Shown here: piece after piece, positions 54,328 through 64,000 of the stretch
Layout: each line of letters starts with the position of its first letter
Position numbering within the stretch: position 1 is the first letter of the stretch
Source: Cyanophyceae cyanobacterium
GTDB taxonomy: Bacteria > Cyanobacteriota > Cyanobacteriia > Cyanobacteriales > Laspinemataceae
DNA: 64,000 bases
Direction: 5' to 3'
Assembly: GCA_038321985.1 (NCBI GenBank)
Contig: JBBQFN010000001.1
Span: 128,001 to 192,000 of the forward strand
Notes under the pieces: model-generated
What the model saw: only the letters and a program-made list of their open reading frames with translations
Databases searched by the model: none
Told to the model about the DNA's origin: nothing
Position numbers and translations under genes: made by a program

Positions 54328-55644
54328 TTAGAGGCTACATTTTTTCAGTCGGTTGGCTAAAAATGACCATAACCGCCCTCGACGGCCCCAAGTAGGGAGA
54401 TGTCCCAAGGGGGAAGTAAGGTTAAAGGTCAGGTCGGTATAAGATAACCACTCTGTCTCCCGTCGCCACCCCAGGCGATCGCTAAATTGTTCATAGTCTC
54501 CGCCTAGTTTGCTCCAAATCCGTCTTTGGATGCTAAACCCGAAATGTCCGTTACTGTATTCGGTCCAGAGTTGATCAATTGTGCGAAGGTCTCGGCAGGG
54601 AAAATTTTTGGCATCTTCTAGGTTGAGTCGGCCTTCCTCCTCTCGACCCGAGACTCGAATCATGAGTGCATCGGTTTCGCGGTCGGCTTCCTCCCATTGA
54701 CTCGCCGCTAATAGTTTCTCTAGGGTGGTATAGTCCATTCCTACGGCTGAGATGGAACGGGTGGATTGGGGGAGGGAGGCTTTAAATTCAGTCGGTTGGG
54801 GTGGGCGATTGGGTTGCTCTTCTCCAAGTAATTCTAACCAAGCGTCCATCGATGGGGGACGATTTTCGGGTAATAAGGCCAACCCTTTGAGGATAGCGGT
54901 ATTGACGCGATCGCTCAGGGATGGATTGAGGGTTTTAGGGGGGAGTAACGGATCGGTTTGGGTTTTGAGCCAACTGCGATCGCGAGAGGTGGCTGATGGG
55001 GGGACTTTGGCCGTAACCAGGGAGTATAAGGTTGCCGCCAATCCATATACATCAGTATAAGCGCCCCGCAGCGATCGTAGATCGTACTGTTCGAGGGGAG
55101 CAAATCCCCGGGAACCTTGTTTGGGATGAACTTCCACCTCATCCTGGGAAAACTTCTGTGCTAATCCAAAGTCAATTAACACCGCATCTGACCGCTCTTT
55201 GCGTAGCACAATGTTCATCGGTTTCACATCTCGGTGTAAAAATCCTTGTTCATGCACCAGGCGCAGAGCATCCCCAATTTGATAAATATAAAACAAGGCT
55301 TCCCGTTCTGGCAAGCGGCCTTTTTGCTTTACCAACTGGGCTAACGTGGTCCCGTCAACGTACTCTAGCACCACACAACAGAGTGAGTCAGTATCAACAA
55401 CTTCCTCAACGTGCACGATACTGGGATGAATGCAGTGAGCCAAAAACTCAGCCTCTTTCAGAAACTCTTGCTTATATTTCGCAAGCTCTTGGGCAAAACG
55501 CGCATTCCGGCCCAAAGTTTTAATCGCAAAGGGACGATTTTGAGTGTCCCGAGCCAGATAAGTAATCCCAAACCCGCCTTTGCCAAGTTGGGACTCAATC
55601 TTGTACTTACCGTTAAGTAATTGTTCTCCGGGTTGCCAAGCCAT
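54328..55644 (-). CDS. Ser/Thr kinase with C-terminal GUN4 domain
   Basis: LGKGGFGITY, HRDVKP, DFG; GUN4 motifs WEEADRET, FPCRDLRTIDQLW..GHFGFS, PLGHLP. ATG 55644 chosen because the GTG at 55707 lies within the upstream terminator. Confidence 0.92.
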   Translation of the reverse strand: MAWQPGEQLLNGKYKIESQLGKGGFGITYLARDTQNRPFAIKTLGRNARFAQELAKYKQEFLKEAEFLAHCIHPSIVHVEEVVDTDSLCCVVLEYVDGTTLAQLVKQKGRLPEREALFYIYQIGDALRLVHEQGFLHRDVKPMNIVLRKERSDAVLIDFGLAQKFSQDEVEVHPKQGSRGFAPLEQYDLRSLRGAYTDVYGLAATLYSLVTAKVPPSATSRDRSWLKTQTDPLLPPKTLNPSLSDRVNTAILKGLALLPENRPPSMDAWLELLGEEQPNRPPQPTEFKASLPQSTRSISAVGMDYTTLEKLLAASQWEEADRETDALMIRVSGREEEGRLNLEDAKNFPCRDLRTIDQLWTEYSNGHFGFSIQRRIWSKLGGDYEQFSDRLGWRRETEWLSYTDLTFNLTSPLGHLPTWGRRGRLWSFLANRLKKCSL

Positions 55645-55691
55645 AAGTCGTTGCTCGTTATTTTTATGAGTTATTGTACTTGTACCGCCAT

Positions 55692-55736
55692 AAAAATAGC
55701 CACCCACCTAGCAATGGTTAGCGAGTGGGTGGCTAT
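55692..55736 (-). terminator. Rho-independent terminator of the giant acidic protein gene
   Basis: ATAGCCACCCAC..GTGGGTGGCTAT stem followed by a T-run on the minus strand. Confidence 0.75.
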
Positions 55737-55821
55737 GTTGTCAACCTGGGTAGTTGCTTTGATTAGCCCAAATTGTCTATCAGGGGGCGGCGGCGATCGC
55801 CGCCCCTATAAGTGAGTCCCG

Positions 55822-58800
55822 TTATACTATTGCAGGTTCTTCGGGTTGGGTTCCGGAACCGTAGACGTAGTTAAACGCTTGGACATTGGTCACTTCTGTG
55901 ATGGAAGTGGCGCTGTAGAACTGAACGAGAGCTTCAGCATTTTGAGTTTTCAGCGCATCTACATCCAGTCCGGGAGAGGGAGCGAAGCCCGCTTCAAGTC
56001 CGGCCGTGAACATATAGTCTAGAACTTGCGCGTAGCTCACTTGGTCAATAGAGGTGGCTCCGGTGGCGGTCAGGAGGTTTGCTACCGCCGGCGATCCTGC
56101 TGCCAGATAAGACTCAAAGTCAACCAACTCTGATGGATTTTGACCGTTTTCTAACCCAGCACCCGTCACATAATCGAAGAGTTCGGGGTTCTCAATTTCG
56201 CCGCTGGCGTCGATATCAATCTGCGCCAGGTTTTCTTCCAGAACGGTGGCATATTCTGTGCGATACCACTCTAAGTCAACTAGGGCGGAGGTGTTCAACC
56301 CTTGAGCAATGCCTTCCGTAGACATGAAGTCGTACAGTTGATCACCGCCGAGGTTGTAGACATTATCGACGCGATAGTTGGCGACGACTTGTTCCGCAAA
56401 GTAGGCGGTGTAGTAATCCTTTTCAACAAACGGGGTGACATCAATTCCCAGTTCAGCCGCTTGGTTAAACATGAAGGAAATCACATCTGACTTGTTGAAG
56501 ACCCCAGAGGTCGAAGTAGCACCGGCGACTTCCAGGAGTTTAGCCCCAAATTCCGCTACAAATCCTTCCACATCAACCGGCGTTAAGGAGAACTCGGCAC
56601 CGGAAGCAACCTGGTTGTAGGCAAATTCCAGGATTTGAGTATCGCTGATTTCTGCGATAGCGACTCCAAACTGGCTGCTGATTTGCGCGCCGTACTGCTT
56701 ACCAACGAACTCGAAGTCAATCTCACTAGACAGACCGCCATAGAGGTAGTCGAGGACCAGTTCTTGCTTGAGTTCGGTTACCGAGGTCACTTCTACACCG
56801 TAGTGACGGGCTAGTTCGACAGTGAACTCTTGCTTGAGGTAATCGATATCGATGTACTGAGTGACGTCGATTCCTTGTTTCAGACCTTCCGAGATAGCAA
56901 ATTTGATCACTTGCTTATCGGTTAAAGCGCTCGCATCGAATTCGCCATCGGCTTCGTCGAGTGCTCCCGTCAGCTTCAGAGAACCGCTCTTGAGCTTCAT
57001 TGAGCCGCTCTTGAACTTCTTCGACCCGCTCATCGAACCGGAGCCAAACGAGCCGCTCTTACCGAACTTCATCGAACCGCTCTTGACTTTGACGGGGCTG
57101 CTTTCACCGCCATAGAAGGCTTGTAAGGCTGCGCTATTGTCGGCGATATACCCGGCAATATCGATCGCACTCAGCTTGATTTCTTCAACCTGTAAGACAG
57201 CTTTGAATTCTTCGCTGTAGGCAATTTGGAGGATTTGTTCGACGGTAAGGGACCCGCCTTCGCTCACTTCCAGCTCTAAGCCGGTCAAGAGGTCGGTTTG
57301 TTGGACCTCAGTCAGTTGCTCGAACTGGTAGGCAAGGAACCCGACATCGATGCCGGAGAATTCGCCGCTGACCCATTGGAGAACCGCTGCATCGTCGAGA
57401 GTGGCAACTTCCTCTACAGTGATGGCGAGGGAGTCGGCGATCGCGATGCCATAGGCTTCTTTGATGTAGGCCGTTTCCACGAATCCTTGTAAAGTCAGAC
57501 CCAGTGCCACGCCTTCTTTGAGCATGAACTGCTCGATTTGCTTGCTGTCAATTTCGCTGAGGGCGTCAACTTCGATGCCCAAGGCTCCGGCGATCGCCTC
57601 ACCGTTGGCTTCTACATAGCCTGCCACATCGAAGGCGGACAGCTTGACTTCTTCTAAGGTTTCCTGAGCATACAGATACTCGACGATTTGTAATTTGCTC
57701 ACTTGGGTCACGTCGGTGACCGTTTCGCCTTGTGCGGTCAATGCAGCCAGGATTTCTTCACCCAAGGCAGTGCGAACGTACTCGAAATCAATTTCTTCGG
57801 TGAGTGCACCAAACTGGAAGTCAAGGACGATTTCGCTGCTAAGGGTTGTCACTTCCTCAACCGTAATACCGTAGTATTCCGCCAAGAGTGAGGTATTTTG
57901 TTCGCGATAGAGTTCGACATCTTCCGCTGCAACAAACAGGGACAGGTCGATGCCAGTTTTCCAGGCTTCCTCAGTCATGTAGCTGACAATCTGGGAGGAA
58001 GTAACTTCTTCGATGGTGGTGACGCTGTAGAAGGCCAGCAGGTTGGTTTGAATCGTGGTGTCAGCCGCGATCGCTTCCAAGTCGAAGGCAGATAGGCTAG
58101 TGTATCCGGCTTCCCATCCTTCGCTGAAGATGTAGAACTGGAGTTCTTTGCCCGTCAGGTCTTTGACAGCCTTACCATCAGCGGTGACTTCTTCACCATA
58201 TTTCAGCTTAAAGTAGTCCGTGTCTACGAAGGGAGCAGCATCACCGAACATGAAGCTGACAACCTGTTCCGCTGTGACTTCTGTAATTGCCGTGACTTCA
58301 AAGGTAGCGATTAGCGCGGCCTCGAAGGTGCTTTGATAGTAAGCGACATCTACATATTCGCTCACTTCCAGACCTTGGGCGATCGCCTCGGTAACCATGA
58401 AGCGGTAGATTTGATACTGGCTGAGTGTTTCGACCGATTCTACACTGTAGAAGGCAGTCAGTTGGGCGGAGAATGCTGTGCTGAAACCCTCAATATCAAA
58501 GGAAGACTGTTGTAAACCGGCGTCGGCTCCTTCGCCACAGGCATAGGCTTTCACCTGCTCGTCGCTGAGGTCCTCGGAAGTCGCGGCTTCATCACCCAGC
58601 AATTTTTTGGCGTAGACCGTGAGTTGTTCAATGTAGGTGGCACGATAGTAGCTCACATCCAGAACGAACTCGCCGTTATTGAAGACGTTATCCAATACCT
58701 GTTCCGTTTCCAGTTCGGCAACACCTGCGGCTCCATCAGCGATGTTGTAAAACTCGCTAATGATTTCTTTGTAGAGCTTCTTGATGTATCCAACACTGAA

Positions 58801-61092
58801 GAAGGGGGACGGGTTTAAACCGGCTTCGAGTCCCTCTTTCACAATAAACTCAAACAGTTGCTGATTGGAGAAGGTGGAGATGTCCACCCCGAGTTTGGTC
58901 GTCAGTTTTGTGAGCTCAGTGCTGTTAGAAGATTTGAAGTAGGACATATCCACTAACGGAGTCGGGCTAAATCCGAGTTCCAGGGATTTTTCTAGCAACT
59001 CTTCTGAGGTGAGGCTAGAGATTTCCTCTGCCGTCATCCCTTGCTCTTGCAGTTTGGTCTCGACTTGTGTCTTGACGACAGACTGGAAGTAGCTCAAGTT
59101 GACGAAGGGGGAAGGATTCAATCCTTCTTGGGCAGCGTATTCTTTGATTTGTTCGGCTTGTTCTGCCGTCAACTTGGTGAAATCAAAGCTCGCAAACTGC
59201 GATTGGAGTAACTCCAGGTTGTTTTTGACAATGTATTGAACATTGAATAATGCAGTAGGTGCAGGCGCAGGTTCTGGAGTGGGGGTTTCGCCTGGAGTTT
59301 CTTCGCCTGGGGTCTCAGGGGGAGTCTCAGGGGGAACTTGGCCCGTGGTGTCATCGGGGGTTTCGGTGGGGATGTTATTGGGGTTATTACCGGAAGAGAC
59401 AAAGGTCGGGTTATCAAAGACGATTTGGGGTTCGGACCCGTCTTCGGCGTCATCTCCCTCGTCCTCTTCATCCATGTCTTCGCTACCACCGTCGAGGCCG
59501 CCGCTGCCCTCTTCCATGTCTTCGCTACCACTGTCAAGGCTGCTGCTGCCGCCATCACTCAGGTCATCGCCACCGGCACTGCCTAAGAGTTCTTGACCTT
59601 CAGCGCTCCCGAAGAATGCGAACAGTTGCTCGATGCTGATTTGCGAGAAGCTGCTGACACTGAAAATGGTAGACAACTGAGAACCAAAGATAGATTCCAG
59701 ATTACTGACGCTGAAGGATTCAGAGGTTTGTAATCCTTGGGAGAAAGCTACGTTGATGGCGTAGGAAATGAGTTGGAATCCGCTCACTTCTGAGAGAGCG
59801 CTGACGTTGAAGAAGCTCTGGATGTTCTCGCTGTTGGCTTCTGCAACCACGTTCAGGTCAAGCAAGGGGTGGATTTTGCGCTTCTCTTTGAGACCAAACT
59901 TGAAGAGGTGTTCGGTGGCTGTAATTTTGCCTTCGGAGACAGCCTGTGCTACATCCGTATTTTCCTGGAGATAGTAGTCGGCACTAAAGAAGGAGCTAAA
60001 TTTACGGTTTTCTTTGCAGCCAAAGTTTAAGAAGTGACCCCAAGCGGTGATTTTACCCTCGGCGACAGCTTGCTTGACGTCAGCATTGAATGCTTCGTAT
60101 TCTTCAGCTTTGAACAAGGCGTGGGCAGCCCGTTTCTCGAACTGGCCGTGGCGCACAAAGTGACCGAAGGGAGTGAGTTTCCCCTCTTCGACGGCTTGCT
60201 CGACATCTGGGTTAGCTTCCAGGTAGCCTTTTATGTCGATAAAGGCGTTGAAGCTACGGAATTCTTTGATTCCGAAGGTAGCGAAGTGTTTAATGGCAGT
60301 GGTTTCGCCTCGTTTCACCGCGTCTAATACGTCTGTATTCTCAGCCAGATAGTGTGCTTCATCAAATAAGCCGGATTCTTCTACCTCTTGGATGGTTTCG
60401 GCTTCTGCCATTTCTTCTTCAGTCATGGAAGTGGTTTCCATCATGTCATCGTCCATGACGGTGCCATCTTCTGCGGTGACTTCACCTTCGGTGCCATCTT
60501 CCGGAAGGGCAGTAGTTGCGATCGGGTCACCTTCGGTCAGGGTGCCATCTTCTGCGGGGGCATCGGTTTCGGTGCCATCTTCCACAACAGCGGTCATCAA
60601 GATCGGGTCATTTTCCAGGATGGTACCGTCTTCTGCGATCGTGACCAGGTCATTTTGCACGATGGTGCCATCTTCTGCGGTGGCATCGGTTTCGGTGCCA
60701 TCTTCCACAACAGCGGCTTCACCTTCAGTACCGTCTTCTACAACAGAGGTAGTCGCAATTAGGTCATCGTCCATGACGGTGCCATCTTCTGACGTGACTT
60801 CACCTTCACTGCCATCATCCACAACAGAGGTAGTGGTCACGGTGCCATCTTCAGTGGTTGTTCCGTCGTCGATCCCCTCCACTGGTTCAGTTAGAGGCTC
60901 TTCAGCCGTAGCATCCGTCGGTTCGACAGAGGTAATCGTCATTATCCCTTCCTCTGCCGTTGGTTCCGTAGAGGTTTCCTCCTCGGGGGTTTCGGTAATT
61001 GTTACCACTACCGTGTCATCAGCCGGTGCCGTGGCTTCTACTTCAGTGGTGGTGGCGTTTACTTGTTCGAGCAATTGTTCTTCGGTCAACAT
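55822..61092 (-). CDS. Giant highly acidic repeat protein (possible surface/sheath protein), function unknown
   Basis: About 1756 aa; EDGT repeats, FDxxxYLxxNxDV-type repeats, degenerate GLNPS/VDxxY repeats; RBS GGAG upstream of ATG 61092. Confidence 0.85.
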   Translation of the reverse strand: MLTEEQLLEQVNATTTEVEATAPADDTVVVTITETPEEETSTEPTAEEGIMTITSVEPTDATAEEPLTEPVEGIDDGTTTEDGTVTTTSVVDDGSEGEVTSEDGTVMDDDLIATTSVVEDGTEGEAAVVEDGTETDATAEDGTIVQNDLVTIAEDGTILENDPILMTAVVEDGTETDAPAEDGTLTEGDPIATTALPEDGTEGEVTAEDGTVMDDDMMETTSMTEEEMAEAETIQEVEESGLFDEAHYLAENTDVLDAVKRGETTAIKHFATFGIKEFRSFNAFIDIKGYLEANPDVEQAVEEGKLTPFGHFVRHGQFEKRAAHALFKAEEYEAFNADVKQAVAEGKITAWGHFLNFGCKENRKFSSFFSADYYLQENTDVAQAVSEGKITATEHLFKFGLKEKRKIHPLLDLNVVAEANSENIQSFFNVSALSEVSGFQLISYAINVAFSQGLQTSESFSVSNLESIFGSQLSTIFSVSSFSQISIEQLFAFFGSAEGQELLGSAGGDDLSDGGSSSLDSGSEDMEEGSGGLDGGSEDMDEEDEGDDAEDGSEPQIVFDNPTFVSSGNNPNNIPTETPDDTTGQVPPETPPETPGEETPGETPTPEPAPAPTALFNVQYIVKNNLELLQSQFASFDFTKLTAEQAEQIKEYAAQEGLNPSPFVNLSYFQSVVKTQVETKLQEQGMTAEEISSLTSEELLEKSLELGFSPTPLVDMSYFKSSNSTELTKLTTKLGVDISTFSNQQLFEFIVKEGLEAGLNPSPFFSVGYIKKLYKEIISEFYNIADGAAGVAELETEQVLDNVFNNGEFVLDVSYYRATYIEQLTVYAKKLLGDEAATSEDLSDEQVKAYACGEGADAGLQQSSFDIEGFSTAFSAQLTAFYSVESVETLSQYQIYRFMVTEAIAQGLEVSEYVDVAYYQSTFEAALIATFEVTAITEVTAEQVVSFMFGDAAPFVDTDYFKLKYGEEVTADGKAVKDLTGKELQFYIFSEGWEAGYTSLSAFDLEAIAADTTIQTNLLAFYSVTTIEEVTSSQIVSYMTEEAWKTGIDLSLFVAAEDVELYREQNTSLLAEYYGITVEEVTTLSSEIVLDFQFGALTEEIDFEYVRTALGEEILAALTAQGETVTDVTQVSKLQIVEYLYAQETLEEVKLSAFDVAGYVEANGEAIAGALGIEVDALSEIDSKQIEQFMLKEGVALGLTLQGFVETAYIKEAYGIAIADSLAITVEEVATLDDAAVLQWVSGEFSGIDVGFLAYQFEQLTEVQQTDLLTGLELEVSEGGSLTVEQILQIAYSEEFKAVLQVEEIKLSAIDIAGYIADNSAALQAFYGGESSPVKVKSGSMKFGKSGSFGSGSMSGSKKFKSGSMKLKSGSLKLTGALDEADGEFDASALTDKQVIKFAISEGLKQGIDVTQYIDIDYLKQEFTVELARHYGVEVTSVTELKQELVLDYLYGGLSSEIDFEFVGKQYGAQISSQFGVAIAEISDTQILEFAYNQVASGAEFSLTPVDVEGFVAEFGAKLLEVAGATSTSGVFNKSDVISFMFNQAAELGIDVTPFVEKDYYTAYFAEQVVANYRVDNVYNLGGDQLYDFMSTEGIAQGLNTSALVDLEWYRTEYATVLEENLAQIDIDASGEIENPELFDYVTGAGLENGQNPSELVDFESYLAAGSPAVANLLTATGATSIDQVSYAQVLDYMFTAGLEAGFAPSPGLDVDALKTQNAEALVQFYSATSITEVTNVQAFNYVYGSGTQPEEPAIV
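60420..60860 (-). repeat. Coding repeats (EDGT units) in the acidic protein N-terminus
   Basis: Recurrent GTGCCATCTTC DNA motif encoding EDGT. Confidence 0.85.
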
Positions 61093-62686
61093 ACAGTGAT
61101 CTCCAGTTTTGAGAGTCAATAAAAGTCTGGGAACTGAGTCCTGGAAACGGAGGGCCGGGTTTCCCGTGTCCGGGACTGATTTCGCTATAGATGCTCCCTA
61201 TAAGAGGTAGGGATTCCCTGATTTAGAATCTTTATTTGTTCGCTTAGATAGTCTGTAGGACATCTTGAACTTCATCCTTAATGTGAACGTGGGAATTTTC
61301 CAATTTAATAAAGATGTCCACTTGTAAACCCCTCGGTTATATCCTGATTTACTGCTTATAAAGCTGTACTTCAAGGAAAGACAAGATTTTGATTTTCCTT
61401 GTTCCCGTCCTTGACATTCGACAAATCCAGAATATTTCCTTAAGTGGTTAGACTTGATTGTTCCGGGAATGTTTCCTAGAATCTAAATTATTTTGGCAAG
61501 CACCATGCAATTTCAATTTTGGGAACTTATCGGCATTGCAGAACCTACGTTTTACTTTACCCAAAATTGGAAGAAGTTGGCTTCCGTATTTTTGCGGAAT
61601 TTCGTAATTTTTCTTTTAAATTTAACCCCTCGGTTAGCGGCAGCAAATTTATTATAATAGTGCTACATTATGGTAAAACAAAAAACTGAATTTTCTAACC
61701 TAGCCCTCTCAGGGTAAGACTTTGGCGACAAGATGAATTTTAATTTTTCGACTGGCAGATATTAGCTTAGAGCCGATAAACTGCCCGGAGTTAGACGCTG
61801 CGCATCCTGGGGAATAAGTCAGAAGTAATTCTCTTTTTAAGGGGTGACTTTTAAAATGCTGCAAAACGTCTAATGGAATTAAGAGGTCAGCTCGAAGATT
61901 GGATATTGGGGATAAAGCAACCTCAGTAAAAACTCGCAATTTATAAATCTTTTTTTTAAGAACTTCAGACCCATAAAAACTACATAAAGCCTAAAAATAA
62001 AACAACCGAATAAATATATGCGGATGACTTATTGAAACGTCTGCCTCTCGGGTCTCTGGAGGGAGTGAAATTGCAACGGCTGGTCATCGGTAAGATTGTC
62101 CCAATCATAAGGAACTTCTATCTATTGACTACTCAGTAAGTGAACTTCACTTAAGTCACTAGAATAAAGTGAAATTTCGGTTAGAATAAGTTCTTTCCCC
62201 TTGGCGTGGAAATTTATAATCTTTGTAATCAGGGATGGGGTTTTTAAGGGAAAGAAGTTCATGTAATGATGGCTTTAACTAGAGGGATGGCTTAGGGTCA
62301 TGTTTTTAGTCACTCCGAAATCCAGACGTCTCCCCTGGGGGATGGGTTCCCTATTTTCCGGGGTTCCCGGAAAAGTTGGGACGGTTTCCGGATGAGTGGC
62401 GAAGGTGAAGGGGTTTCATCCATTCACGACGGGGACCGATCGCCCGGTTTAACCGTTTAGAAGAATAGTCACTTTGTGTAGCAAGGATTGTACACAGATT
62501 TGGAACCCGTCATCTCTCATTCATCCAGGGTCTTTTACCCTAGGCGATCGCAATTTATTCCTTCTCTATCCCAATACCTACCTCAATAGAATTGAGGTCG
62601 TTTTAAATTCCTATCAGAGAAAATTACTGGAGGAAAATGCCGGGAATTCATGATAGTTTAAATCGCTATCAGAGAAAAATGCCGGG

Positions 62687-62713
62687 AAAAAATGGGTGCG
62701 ATCGCACCCATTT
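62687..62713 (-). terminator. gcvP terminator, a palindrome centred on HIP1
   Basis: AAATGGGTGCGATCGCACCCATTT perfect palindrome ending in a T6 run on the minus strand. Confidence 0.7.
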
Positions 62714-62749
62714 GTCTTAAACCGTCTGCATTCCTTAATTCCCTTTTGA

Positions 62750-64000
62750 TTACTCCTGAGAATATGCCTCGATCGGCAAACAAGAACAGACTAAATTGCG
62801 ATCGCCGTAAGCACTATCAATTCGTCCCACCGAGGGCCAAAACTTGTGTTCCCGCGTCCAAGGGGCCGGAAATACCGCCTGTTCCCGACTATAAGGGCGA
62901 TCCCAGTCCGAGGAGATCGCCACTGTTGCTGGATGAGGCGCATTTTTCAAGGGATTATTCTGAGCATCCATCGTCCCTACCTCGATCGCCCGAATCTCCT
63001 CGCGAATGGCAATCATCGCCTCACAGAAGCGGTCTAACTCCTCCTTAGACTCACTTTCGGTTGGTTCCACCATAATCGTCCCGGCTACGGGCCAAGAAAC
63101 CGTCGGCGCATGGAATCCATAATCCATCAACCGTTTAGCAATATCCTCCACCTCAATTCCGGCGGATTTTTTCAGCGATCGCAAATCCAAAATACACTCA
63201 TGGGCAACTAAACCCTCTTTCCCCTTATACAACACCGGATAAAAAGAGTCTAACCGCTTGGCAATATAATTGGCATTTAAAATCGCCACCTGAGTTGCTG
63301 CCGTCAGTCCTGCCGCCCCCATCATTGCGATATACATCCAGGAAATCGGCAGAATACTCGCACTTCCCCAAGGTGCAGCCGAAACCGCCCCGATCGCCTC
63401 ATTTTCACCAATTTTTATCACTGAATGTCCCGGCAGAAACGGCACCAAATGCGGCATTACCCCAATTGGACCCATCCCCGGACCACCGCCGCCATGAGGA
63501 ATACAGAAGGTTTTGTGTAAATTCAGATGACAGACATCCGCCCCAAAATCTCCAGGACGGCATAACCCAACTTGGGCATTCATATTCGCCCCATCCATAT
63601 ACACTTGACCGCCACAATCATGGATAACTTGGCACAGATCCTTAATCCCTACCTCAAATACCCCGTGAGTCGAGGGATACGTCACCATCAACGCCGCCAA
63701 CTGCTGAGAATGCTTCTGTGCCTTCGCCTTCAGGTCCTCAACATTAATATTTCCATTCTCATCACAGGCGACTGTTACTACCTTCATTCCGCACATCACC
63801 GCACTTGCGGGATTCGTCCCATGGGCAGAAGTCGGAATCAAACAGATATTCCGATGCGACTCTCCCCGATGTTCGTGATATTGACGAATCACCAACAACC
63901 CTGCATATTCCCCCTGGGAACCGGCATTGGGTTGTAAAGAAATCCCGGCAAATCCGGTAATTTCTGCTAACCACTCCTGCAACTGCTGGAATAACATCTG
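62750..64000 (-). CDS. gcvP: Glycine dehydrogenase (decarboxylating) P protein, 3' part; 5' end lies outside the window
   Basis: [26 protein letters not shown] motif [24 protein letters not shown]. Confidence 0.97.
   Translation of the reverse strand, partial: QMLFQQLQEWLAEITGFAGISLQPNAGSQGEYAGLLVIRQYHEHRGESHRNICLIPTSAHGTNPASAVMCGMKVVTVACDENGNINVEDLKAKAQKHSQQLAALMVTYPSTHGVFEVGIKDLCQVIHDCGGQVYMDGANMNAQVGLCRPGDFGADVCHLNLHKTFCIPHGGGGPGMGPIGVMPHLVPFLPGHSVIKIGENEAIGAVSAAPWGSASILPISWMYIAMMGAAGLTAATQVAILNANYIAKRLDSFYPVLYKGKEGLVAHECILDLRSLKKSAGIEVEDIAKRLMDYGFHAPTVSWPVAGTIMVEPTESESKEELDRFCEAMIAIREEIRAIEVGTMDAQNNPLKNAPHPATVAISSDWDRPYSREQAVFPAPWTREHKFWPSVGRIDSAYGDRNLVCSCLPIEAYSQE

Larger units (their letters stand above)
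1..64000. repeat. HIP1 octamer GCGATCGC dispersed throughout
   Basis: Dozens of copies, e.g. at positions 4 and 40561, in coding and intergenic DNA. Confidence 0.95.

Noticed and set aside
54328..55644. Diversity-generating retroelement target kinase
   Set aside because: The C-terminal domain is GUN4 rather than a C-type lectin/FGE domain, and no reverse transcriptase or template repeat is seen.
59169..61099. Antisense and alternate-frame ORFs over the acidic giant gene
   Set aside because: Expected from repetitive, biased codon usage; no independent signals.

Overview
A 64-kb chromosomal window from a cyanobacterium. The octamer GCGATCGC (HIP1) is very frequent and petF, bvdR, GUN4, pentapeptide and DUF4327 genes are present; the gene content suggests a filamentous Oscillatoriales-type organism (inference, not searched). 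Housekeeping genes: cimA, pheT, recQ, dps, sulfiredoxin, petF, bvdR and the 3' part of gcvP. Signalling genes are dense: three Ser/Thr kinases, a PP2C phosphatase, a GGDEF-EAL protein, a histidine kinase and an HTH-NB-ARC ATPase. Two giant proteins are encoded: a ~2650-aa haemagglutinin-type/CHAT protease and a ~1756-aa very acidic repeat protein. There is also a type I hsdM-hsdS pair with no hsdR in the window. I saw no CRISPR array, rRNA, tRNA, transposase or prophage. Most notable observations: (1) the acidic giant contains a single Lys-rich KSGS-repeat island resembling diatom silaffin peptides; (2) the orphan hsdMS genes are bridged by a doubly overlapping 35-codon ORF; (3) a PerR/FurC-like palindromic operator lies in the srx-dps promoter; (4) an HLR1 (RpaB) site overlaps the site-2 protease promoter; (5) a chain of overlapping small ORFs leads into DUF4327; (6) several small MITE/REP-like elements. 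Product calls come from recognising motifs by eye; no database search was run.
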